DNA from: a virus
Taxonomy: Duplodnaviria; Heunggongvirae; Uroviricota; Caudoviricetes
Strand: one strand, 5' to 3'
Virus record (IMG/VR): IMGVR_UViG_3300042260_000241
DNA: 64,000 bases
Part shown: piece after piece, positions 18,068-24,480 of the stretch
Position numbering within the stretch: the stretch's first letter is position 1
How the letters are laid out: each line of letters opens with the position of its first letter
Translations under genes and position numbers: made by a program
Notes under the pieces: model-generated
What the model was told of the DNA's origin: nothing
Database searches by the model: none
What the model saw: the letters and a program-made list of their open reading frames with translations, nothing else

Positions 18068-18150
18068 GCACATGTGGCGGAATTGGTATACGCGCATGGT
18101 TGAGGTCCATGTCCTTCGGGTTGAGAGTTCGAGTCTCTCCTTGTGCACCA
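18068..18150 (+). tRNA. tRNA-Leu(GAG)
   Basis: Type II. Anticodon stem catgg/ccatg, loop ttGAGgt, T-arm gagagTTCGAGTctctc, CCA. Confidence 0.6.
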
Positions 18151-18156
18151 AGTTTA

Positions 18157-18230
18157 CGCGGGTAGGGTGGTCACCACTGCAGTCTCATAAGCTCGCAGCA
18201 TCGGCGGTTCGAATCCGTCACCCGCATCCA
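18157..18230 (+). tRNA. degenerate tRNA-like with a CAT anticodon loop (ctCATaa) and a weak anticodon stem
   Basis: T-arm ggcggTTCGAATccgtc, acceptor 3' strand plus CCA, but only 3 bp in the anticodon stem. Confidence 0.3.
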
Positions 18231-18296
18231 GTTTTAGGATCCATTCAGCAATCTTAAAAATTTCACTGTTAATGAAACCAAAAGAGGATCCTGTTA
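18230..18296 (+). ncRNA. Y-RNA-like element C (reduced member)
   Basis: gtttt-AGGATCC-aTTCAGCAAt ... aaaaga-GGATCCT-gtt, with an internal hairpin tttca-ctgttaa-tgaaa. Confidence 0.45.
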
Positions 18297-18301
18297 TTTT
18301 T

Positions 18302-18376
18302 GGTGATATAGCATAGACGGATATGCAGGGCTCTCATAAGGCTCACAGGAAGGATCGTTACCTTCTATCACCACCA
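18302..18376 (+). tRNA. tRNA-Met/Ile2(CAT)
   Basis: Acceptor ggtgata/tatcacc, anticodon loop ctCATaa, T-loop ATCGTTA, CCA. Confidence 0.6.
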
Positions 18377-18391
18377 TATATAGAATATCAT

Positions 18392-18468
18392 CGGAGTGTA
18401 GCACAGCCTGGTAGTGCGCTTGCTTTGGGAGCAAGAGGTCCAAGGTTCGAATCCTTGTACTCCGACCA
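18392..18468 (+). tRNA. tRNA-Pro(TGG)
   Basis: D-arm gcacagcctggtagtgc (Pro-like), anticodon stem cttgc/gcaag, loop ttTGGga, T-arm caaggTTCGAATccttg, CCA. Confidence 0.7.
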
Positions 18469-18476
18469 AATTTAGG

Positions 18477-18749
18477 ATGAATATGATTGTTAACCCTTTG
18501 AAAAAGAATGTTCTGGTTGCAGAACGTAATCGTGAAAACACAACTGCCAGTGGAATAGTAGTACAAGGCGTTGAAGGTCTTGGTGAATCCAAGTCTGCTA
18601 AAGTTCTTGCGATTGGGCCAGACGTCACTGAAGTAAAAGTTGGTGATACTGTTTATCTCATGTGGAATAAAGCAAAGCTTGTTAAAGTCGATGGTGCACA
18701 ACGTGCTATCGTCGCTGAAGAAGACATTGTTGCTGTTTTAGAAGATTAA
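18477..18749 (+). CDS. co-chaperonin GroES-like protein (functional analogue of T4 gp31)
   Basis: MNMIVNPLKKNVLVAERNRENTTASGIVV...VKVGDTVYL...VDGAQRAIVAEEDIVAVLED follows the GroES/Cpn10 sequence pattern. Confidence 0.7.
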   Translation: MNMIVNPLKKNVLVAERNRENTTASGIVVQGVEGLGESKSAKVLAIGPDVTEVKVGDTVYLMWNKAKLVKVDGAQRAIVAEEDIVAVLED

Positions 18750-18751
18750 TT

Positions 18752-18827
18752 GCTGCTATAGCTCTAGTGGTAGAGCGCTTCCTTGGTAAGGAAGAGGTCA
18801 CTGGTTCGAATCCAGTTAGCAGCACCA
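18752..18827 (+). tRNA. tRNA-Thr(GGT)
   Basis: D-arm tagctctagtggtagagc, anticodon stem cttcc/ggaag, loop ttGGTaa, CCA. Confidence 0.7.
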
Positions 18828-18842
18828 TTCCAGGAGTTTTAT

Positions 18843-19031
18843 ATGAAAATGAGTGATGGCGGCAAGGGAAGTTCTCCTCGTCCTTATTCTGTAGATAAAG
18901 ATACATACGCATCTAATTGGGATGCTATCTTTGGTAAAAAGAAAAAAGAAGATAATACTGGTGTACAAAAAACCGAGTATTATGATATAATTTCTACTGA
19001 AGATTGCTTAACTGATAAAGACAAACAATAA
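18843..19031 (+). CDS. hypothetical protein
   Basis: A 62-aa ORF between tRNA genes. Confidence 0.35.
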   Translation: MKMSDGGKGSSPRPYSVDKDTYASNWDAIFGKKKKEDNTGVQKTEYYDIISTEDCLTDKDKQ

Positions 19032-19038
19032 AGATATT

Positions 19039-19121
19039 GCCCGAGTGGTGGAATGGTAGACACAGCAGACTTAAAATCTGCCGCCTTGTGCGTACCGGTT
19101 CGAGTCCGGTCTCGGGTACCA
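19039..19121 (+). tRNA. tRNA-Leu(TAA)
   Basis: Type II. Anticodon stem gcaga/tctgc, loop ctTAAaa, T-arm accggTTCGAGTccggt, CCA. Confidence 0.7.
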
Positions 19122-19173
19122 ATATAATTTGCATTGGTAGCACGTCGATGTATAAATAAAGATAGGAGGCACT

Positions 19174-19779
19174 ATGCATTTTATCATTTATAAGACTACT
19201 CACGTTCAATCAGGCAAATATTATATTGGGATGCATTCAACTTCTGATTTAGAAGATGGCTATCTCGGTAGTGGAAAATGGATAAAAGCTGCCGTGAAAA
19301 AGCACGGCAGAGACTCATTTGAAAGAGTAATTCTCAAAGAGCTATCATCATACGATGATATGAAGAATGAAGAAGCTAAAGTAATCAATGAAGAAGTTCT
19401 CAATGATCCGTTATGCATGAATATGATGCATGGTGGAAAAGGCGGCTGGAAAACATTGAATGATTCTGATTCTGCATATCAAAGACGAAGTGAAGCTGGT
19501 AAAAAAGCACACGAAGTTCATAAGCATTTAGTGAATAATCTTCAAAGAGGAAGTAATCAAAAGACTGTTTCTACGTTAAAAGAAAAATACGGCAATGATC
19601 ATTTTGCAAAATTAGGCAAAATGAAAAATGTAACAGATGAATACCGATCAAAATTAAGTAAAGCTCAATGCGGTATGAAAATGATAAACAATGGTAAAAT
19701 AAACACCTTTGTGAAAAAAGAAGAATTGAATGAATACTTATCTAAAGGATGGGTATTAGGAAGAATTAGATCTCAGTAA
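19174..19779 (+). CDS. GIY-YIG homing endonuclease (SegB-like, free-standing in the tRNA cluster)
   Basis: FIIYKTTHVQSGKYYIGMH ... YLGSG is a canonical GIY-YIG motif. T4 segB occupies the equivalent position in the T4 tRNA region. Confidence 0.8.
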   Translation: MHFIIYKTTHVQSGKYYIGMHSTSDLEDGYLGSGKWIKAAVKKHGRDSFERVILKELSSYDDMKNEEAKVINEEVLNDPLCMNMMHGGKGGWKTLNDSDSAYQRRSEAGKKAHEVHKHLVNNLQRGSNQKTVSTLKEKYGNDHFAKLGKMKNVTDEYRSKLSKAQCGMKMINNGKINTFVKKEELNEYLSKGWVLGRIRSQ

Positions 19780-19957
19780 GATAACAGCAGTCGTCGGGTC
19801 TCCAAAACCCTGAAGTGTTGGTGCAACTCCAGCCTGGGATGCCAAATAAAAGTTGTGTCGACGACTAATCTCGGTGCTCCCGTTCTCCCGAGTTAAAATG
19901 ACTGTTTGTGGTTCTCCCCTGACGAGATAAAGCAAAAAGTAAGACGGGGCCAAATAT

Positions 19958-20048
19958 GGAAACGTGGCAGAGTTGGTCTATTGCTCCAGCCTTGAAAACT
20001 GGCGACTCTTAATCGGGTCCGTGAGTTCGAATCTCACCGTTTCCGCCA
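19958..20048 (+). tRNA. tRNA-Ser(TGA)
   Basis: Type II. Acceptor ggaaacg/cgtttcc, anticodon loop ctTGAaa, T-arm gtgagTTCGAATctcac, CCA. Confidence 0.6.
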
Positions 20049-20054
20049 AAATTA

Positions 20055-20144
20055 CGAGGGTTGCCAGAGAGGCCTATTGGCGCATCTTGGAAAGGTGATG
20101 GTTGCGAAAGCGGCACGAGAGTTCGAATCTCTCACCCTCGGCCA
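20055..20144 (+). tRNA. type II tRNA, probably Ser(GGA) (anticodon loop irregular)
   Basis: Acceptor cgagggt/accctcg, long variable arm, T-arm gagagTTCGAATctctc, CCA. Confidence 0.4.
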
Positions 20145-20149
20145 ATTTT

Positions 20150-20229
20150 GTGTGTTTCGTATAAATGTTTAGGGCATCATTACATGAGGGTAAAACCTCC
20201 GGATGTGGGTTCGAATCCCACAACACACA
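20150..20229 (+). tRNA. atypical tRNA-like element without encoded CCA
   Basis: Perfect 7-bp acceptor (gtgtgtt/aacacac) and T-arm gtgggTTCGAATcccac, but the D and anticodon region is aberrant. Confidence 0.3.
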
Positions 20230-20231
20230 AT

Positions 20232-20319
20232 GGAAGATTAAACAGACTGGGTCTGTAACTGTTTCGAAAACAGATTGATCGCTTATGCGGTTGCAGTTCG
20301 ATTCTGCAGTCTTCCTCCA
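20232..20319 (+). tRNA. tRNA-Ser(CGA)
   Basis: Type II. Anticodon loop ttCGAaa, T-arm tgcagTTCGATTctgca, CCA. Confidence 0.55.
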
Positions 20320-20325
20320 ATAAGA

Positions 20326-21471
20326 TTAGAGAATATCAAATTCTGGATATATTGTTTTATATGATGTATTTGCAATTATATCAAATTGTTCTAAAAATTC
20401 TTTAGCACTATCCCAATTTGGGGTATCATATTCTAATAATTCTAATGCAGTTTGAATCAGAACCTGACTTCCTTCTATTTTAGAAGGATTTTTAAAGTTT
20501 TTTAATTTTTCTTTATAAATGTTTTTAACACTCTTTGGTAAATTACTAACTTGAAGAATATTGTCAAGTACTGGACTACTCATAATATGAGTAAACGCAA
20601 TACCAGTTATGCTCATTATTTCTTCTAATGTGGTTATGAGTTCTGGGATATATCCTACGTTTAAAAGACTTATAGTAGAATTTACACCATAGGAAAAATT
20701 TTTATTATTAGAAATATTATCGATGATGTTATTTAAGTCACAACCATGACGTATATAATCATTCACTATCTTATTGCCATCGATACTGAGATTTAATTGG
20801 ATCTTGCAATTTAACTCATTTAGAATAGCAATGATATTTTTATTTGGTTTAGTATAATTTGTAGAAAATGTTATTAGTCGCAATTGCGTTGATTCTTGTT
20901 TAATTAAATTAATTAAGTCTAAACAATCCGAATCTATGAGAGGTTCTCCTCCAGAAATAGTGATAGACACTACTTCTTTGAATGAACCTTTAAGCTTATC
21001 TATGTCAAAGCGATTATTTACTTCAGTAAAATTATATAGATTTTTTAAAAATATACTTTTCTTAGAAAGTTCTCCTAGTTTTGAACTAGAATATGGCGAA
21101 CACATTCTACATGCAAGATTACATGTATTTTTAAGAGATATATTAAATACTTTTGGAAAAGAGTTTGAATTTAGATCAACTGAAATGCCGTATTTAGTAA
21201 AGTCTTTATTCTTAAAAGAACGATATGAAAAAGTTGTATCAGGAACATTGCATGCTTCACAATTATGATTAATAGTATTGGAGATAATGTTTTTTCTTAA
21301 TGATTTAAACTCATCATCAGTCCATATCTTTATAAAAGATTCGACTGGACCTTCAAGTTTTTTATATTTGCAACATGGCGCAATAGTATTATTTTGAAGA
21401 TTTAGTTGAGCATGAAGCCAAGGTACTGCACATCGATTTCCATTTTCAATTAGATCATCTGTAGTTTTCAT
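20326..21471 (-). CDS. radical SAM domain protein
   Basis: CNLACRMC matches the CxxxCxxC radical SAM cluster motif and ITISGGEPLI is a SAM-binding motif. GC content is much lower than in the surrounding sequence, and the gene is on the opposite strand. Confidence 0.7.
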   Translation of the reverse strand: MKTTDDLIENGNRCAVPWLHAQLNLQNNTIAPCCKYKKLEGPVESFIKIWTDDEFKSLRKNIISNTINHNCEACNVPDTTFSYRSFKNKDFTKYGISVDLNSNSFPKVFNISLKNTCNLACRMCSPYSSSKLGELSKKSIFLKNLYNFTEVNNRFDIDKLKGSFKEVVSITISGGEPLIDSDCLDLINLIKQESTQLRLITFSTNYTKPNKNIIAILNELNCKIQLNLSIDGNKIVNDYIRHGCDLNNIIDNISNNKNFSYGVNSTISLLNVGYIPELITTLEEIMSITGIAFTHIMSSPVLDNILQVSNLPKSVKNIYKEKLKNFKNPSKIEGSQVLIQTALELLEYDTPNWDSAKEFLEQFDIIANTSYKTIYPEFDIL

Positions 21472-21520
21472 AAAATAAAAAAAAAAAAAAAATAAGTATA
21501 TAACATTATATATAGATCAT

Positions 21521-21595
21521 GCGGGCATGGTGCTAGTGGTAACACATAACTTTGCCAAAGTTAAGTTGCGGGTTCAATTCCCGCTGCCCGCTCCA
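21521..21595 (+). tRNA. tRNA-Gly(GCC)
   Basis: Anticodon stem taact/agtta, loop ttGCCaa, T-arm gcgggTTCAATTcccgc, CCA. Confidence 0.7.
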
Positions 21596-21608
21596 TTTAG
21601 GATTATGT

Positions 21609-21764
21609 ATGAACGAGTTAAATGAACACGGTGTTCCACTACATGCATGCAATGAGTATAGACATGATGAACATTGGTGGACATGGGCAAAATGGATTAC
21701 ACAAAATTGTAAAAGACTTGGTTCAGATGGACTGAACGTATATTACCAAAAGCCTGTACAATAA
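21609..21764 (+). CDS. hypothetical small protein
   Basis: A 51-aa ORF following the tRNA. Confidence 0.3.
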   Translation: MNELNEHGVPLHACNEYRHDEHWWTWAKWITQNCKRLGSDGLNVYYQKPVQ

Positions 21765-21789
21765 TTCGTGATTGTGGTATAATATAAGT

Positions 21790-22065
21790 ATGGTAAATGA
21801 TAAAGAACATGAAATTATGTCAATCACTCAGGAAGAATGTTCCGAAGTGATTCAAGCAATTAGCAAGATCAATCGATTTGGTTTTGATGGACGACATCCT
21901 GAAAAGACTTACAATAATCGTGAACATCTTGAGGAAGAAGTAGGAGACGTCTTAGCAATGATTGATCTTCTACTTGAGAATGAGATTGTGTCTTGGGCTA
22001 ATGTGAACAAGGCACGTAGAGCAAAGTTTGAGAAGCTCCGTCAATGGAGCACTATCATGGACTAA
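21790..22065 (+). CDS. MazG-like NTP pyrophosphohydrolase (small)
   Basis: EEVGDVL matches the MazG EExxE/D motif. An early promoter TATAAT lies at about 21776. Confidence 0.45.
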   Translation: MVNDKEHEIMSITQEECSEVIQAISKINRFGFDGRHPEKTYNNREHLEEEVGDVLAMIDLLLENEIVSWANVNKARRAKFEKLRQWSTIMD

Positions 22066-22070
22066 ATAAT

Positions 22071-22144
22071 GCGGGATTGGTATAGGGGTTGTGCCCTAGT
22101 CTTCCAAACTAGAGAGACCGGTTCGAGCCCGGTATCCCGCTCCA
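22071..22144 (+). tRNA. tRNA-Gly(TCC)
   Basis: Anticodon stem ctagt/actag, loop ctTCCaa, T-arm accggTTCGAGCccggt, CCA. Confidence 0.65.
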
Positions 22145-22168
22145 TTTAACTTTAACCAGGAGAAAGCA

Positions 22169-22300
22169 ATGAAACGAAAACTGATCGTCAAGCAGCGTAA
22201 CCGCTTCGTTGCTTTGGCACAATTCCGAAAAGCGGGAGTGCATCGCAAAACTAATAAAGCTTTGCGTAAATCACTCAACCAAGCTATTTTGGAAGTGTAA
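22169..22300 (+). CDS. small basic protein (possible bS21-like ribosomal protein fragment)
   Basis: A 43-aa ORF with a strong AGGAG Shine-Dalgarno sequence. FVALAQFRKAGV resembles the S21 FDVALRRFKRSCEKAGV segment. Confidence 0.3.
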   Translation: MKRKLIVKQRNRFVALAQFRKAGVHRKTNKALRKSLNQAILEV

Positions 22301-22366
22301 CTCAAAGGCTAGAGTACCCGGCTTTTAACCGGATAGTTGTGGGTTCGAGTCCCACCACTTCTACCA
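22291..22366 (+). tRNA. tRNA-Lys(TTT)
   Basis: Anticodon stem ccgg/ccgg, loop ctTTTaa, T-arm gtgggTTCGAGTcccac, CCA. Confidence 0.65.
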
Positions 22367-22510
22367 TATAGTTAAGTACATTTTGTCACTATCGTATGGG
22401 TAAGCCCATCAATCTCCCCTCAACACCGGAGTCGCGCTCGGTTCGTAGGGATCGGAATGGATTGAAATAGCTACCAGGCCTGACAACTTGGGAAATGTAC
22501 TTAACTATAT
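22367..22510 (+). ncRNA. long-stem hairpin element (family 2, copy 3)
   Basis: 17-bp inverted repeat TATAGTTAAGTACATTT / AAATGTACTTAACTATA flanking about 108 nt. It lies between the tRNA-Lys CCA and tRNA-His. Confidence 0.4.
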
Positions 22511-22587
22511 GGTGACTATAGTGTAAAGGTTCAGCACCTCGCTCTGTGAAAGCGATAGAATGGGATCGTTCCCCATTAGTTACCCCA
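22511..22587 (+). tRNA. tRNA-His(GTG)
   Basis: An extra G-1 opposite a C discriminator, anticodon stem tcgct/agcga, loop ctGTGaa, CCA. Confidence 0.7.
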
Positions 22588-22594
22588 TGAATAT

Positions 22595-22670
22595 GGATCC
22601 TTAGCTCAGCGGTACGAGCAACTCCCTTACAAGGAGAAGGTCATAGGTTCAATCCCTATAGGATCCACCA
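22595..22670 (+). tRNA. tRNA-Val(TAC)
   Basis: D-arm tagctcagcggtacgagc, anticodon loop ctTACaa, T-arm ataggTTCAATCcctat, CCA. Confidence 0.7.
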
Positions 22671-22778
22671 AGTTATAGGATAGGTTCAGCAAACCATAAC
22701 GCATGCGAATGGATCGCAATTTGACTTCTAATCAAACCTTGGGGGTTCAATTCCCTCTGCAAAACAACTATCCTGTTG
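22671..22778 (+). ncRNA. Y-RNA-like element D (tRNA-like member with T-arm)
   Basis: agttat-AGGATAG-gTTCAGCAAa ... aaaacaa-CTATCCT-gtt. Internally it has an anticodon-arm-like hairpin tttga-cttctaa-tcaaa and a T-arm gggggTTCAATTccctc. Confidence 0.5.
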
Positions 22779-22800
22779 AATACGAATACTCTACGAATTC

Positions 22801-22926
22801 GGAGATGTGATGTAATGGTAGCATAGCATAGCAAAAAACCAATTCTGTAAAGAATTGTTCCAGCATATTCTAAGCTCAACTTTGTAAAAGTTCTTGTCCG
22901 TGGTTCGAATCCCGGCATCTCCACCA
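22801..22926 (+). tRNA. tRNA-like gene with a ~50-nt internal insertion (two tgtaaa-loop hairpins)
   Basis: Perfect acceptor ggagatg/catctcc, D-arm, T-arm and CCA, but about 126 nt long. Confidence 0.35.
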
Positions 22927-22931
22927 ATTTC

Positions 22932-23006
22932 ATCTCTGTAGCTCAAAGGTAGAGCGCTGCTTTGACATAGCAGATACGGCGGATCGTTACCGTCCAGAGG
23001 TACCAT
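22932..23006 (+). tRNA. tRNA-Val(GAC)
   Basis: Anticodon stem ctgct/agcag, loop ttGACat, T-loop ATCGTTA, CCA. Confidence 0.6.
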
Positions 23007-23007
23007 G

Positions 23008-23085
23008 CGCTTGTGACGAAAACTGGTAAACGTGCTTGTCTCAAACACAAGATTTTGAGGGTTCGACTCCCTCCGAGCGCACCAG
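23008..23085 (+). tRNA. tRNA with anticodon CAA and a short variable arm (identity uncertain)
   Basis: Acceptor gcgcttg/cgagcgc, anticodon stem cttgt/acaag, loop ctCAAac, T-arm gagggTTCGACTccctc, CCA. Confidence 0.5.
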
Positions 23086-23095
23086 AGGATTTGAT

Positions 23096-23635
23096 ATGCA
23101 CGCAATTACTTGGAAACCCGGTGAAAATAAACAATTAGATGAATTGTTTGATAAGCTACGCGAACAACAATTTAGTTTAGGTGATAGATTATCTTATAAT
23201 TACAATACGCATATGTTATCATCCGTTATAGCACTCACTATAACATTTGATGATGAAATTCCCGTTGTGTGCAGTACAATAGCATCAAAAAATATATGGC
23301 CACAAGGTGTTTATAGAATCTATAATAGAACTTGGAAACCAACACGAAGAAAAGAATCAATTCATCGAGGTGTTACACCTGAGATGGCATTAACCGGAAA
23401 AAGTCAGATAAAATGGCTTGAAGAAAATACCGATTGCAAATTGTATTTTTTCTCTAGAGAAACTAAGAATTGGCGCACATGGTCGATTAGATCTTTAAAA
23501 CGAGATCACGAAATGGAATTCTTAGATGGAGAACACGAGTATCTTACATGTGAAAATAAAGATGATCCTAAATGTTGGCAAACTATGATTTATAATGGTG
23601 ATTCAAGTTTATTGAAAAATTGGCCCCATAAATGA
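23096..23635 (+). CDS. hypothetical protein
   Basis: A 179-aa ORF with a GAGGA Shine-Dalgarno sequence. Confidence 0.5.
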   Translation: MHAITWKPGENKQLDELFDKLREQQFSLGDRLSYNYNTHMLSSVIALTITFDDEIPVVCSTIASKNIWPQGVYRIYNRTWKPTRRKESIHRGVTPEMALTGKSQIKWLEENTDCKLYFFSRETKNWRTWSIRSLKRDHEMEFLDGEHEYLTCENKDDPKCWQTMIYNGDSSLLKNWPHK

Positions 23636-23668
23636 TGTACAAAAAATAAGTTTTAATTTATAATCAAG
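23636..23668 (+). promoter_or_regulatory. early promoter
   Basis: TGTACAAAAAATAAG...TTTATAAT. Confidence 0.45.
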
Positions 23669-23902
23669 AAAATGGGATGATTACAGCAACTTTAATTCTA
23701 CGAAGCTAAAGTACTGCCACTATAGGAGGACCACCGTAAGGTGTAAATTACGTGGCTAGGGAGAAAACCTGAAGTGAAAATCTGACTCCGATAATCGGAA
23801 ATATGATAGTAGTCTATCTAGTTCGGCAGGGTATAAGTGCCTGGTTAGAAAACCAAATAACGAACCGGTCATCCCGCGTTATTATTAACTCATTGGAATA
23901 TT

Positions 23903-24352
23903 ATGTCACTTACACTTAAAAATCTTGAGAGTGCACTAGCCGGTGAATCTGTGGCACATATTAAATATCGATACTTTGCCAAGATCGCTCGCGAAGAAGG
24001 CTATGAAGAAGTTGCAAAACACTTTGAACATACTGCCGATCAAGAAATTCTTCACGCATGGGGTCATCTTGAACTTCTTATTGGTAAACCTTCTACGAAG
24101 GAATGCCTTGAGAAAGCTATCGAAGGTGAAACCTATGAATTTAATTACATGTACCCAGAGTTTCATGCCGCTGCTGTAAAAGAAGGCGACATGGCTGCTG
24201 CTGGTGTAGCACTCGAACAAATCGCAGAATCGAAAGAACATGCTGAACAGTTTAAAGCTGTATTGGCAAAGGCTGAAAAGCGATTCGCTGCTCTAGCAAA
24301 AGTTGAAAAACGTCATGCTGAAGCATATCAACAAGTTTGGGAGAGTCTATAA
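23903..24352 (+). CDS. rubrerythrin-like ferritin-fold di-iron protein (N-terminal domain only)
   Basis: ExxH-type di-iron ligand spacing in a 149-aa four-helix-bundle-like sequence. Confidence 0.6.
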   Translation: MSLTLKNLESALAGESVAHIKYRYFAKIAREEGYEEVAKHFEHTADQEILHAWGHLELLIGKPSTKECLEKAIEGETYEFNYMYPEFHAAAVKEGDMAAAGVALEQIAESKEHAEQFKAVLAKAEKRFAALAKVEKRHAEAYQQVWESL

Positions 24353-24480
24353 TGGATCATGTATGTATTGTTTGTGGTCACGTCCACGATGAAGAATTAG
24401 AAGGAAAATGGGAAGAACTTCCAGATGACTTCGTCTGCCCAGAGTGCGGCGTAGGCAAAGAAGACTACGAAACTCTATAA
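24352..24480 (+). CDS. rubredoxin
   Basis: A 42-aa ORF under the track threshold. CIVCG ... CPECG matches the rubredoxin CxxCG...CPxCG motif. It has a TAATG overlap with the upstream gene. Confidence 0.75.
   Translation: MDHVCIVCGHVHDEELEGKWEELPDDFVCPECGVGKEDYETL

Noticed and set aside
13636-18701. Many 60–135-aa six-frame ORFs overlapping tRNA genes, for example 13636..13956-, 14025..14258, 14071..14292-, 14264..14518, 16320..16529, 16898..17113-, 17102..17410, 17976..18257, 18294..18701-, 18368..18628- and 18706..18912-.
   Set aside because: They lie wholly within densely packed tRNA and ncRNA sequence, lack Shine-Dalgarno sequences, and their translations are low-complexity. They are treated as spurious.
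21469-21495. The A17 homopolymer as a possible programmed slippage or phase-variation site.
   Set aside because: It is intergenic, lying between the radical-SAM start and a tRNA. It more likely marks the boundary of an AT-rich insertion or a promoter UP-like element. It is recorded under the radical-SAM finding instead.
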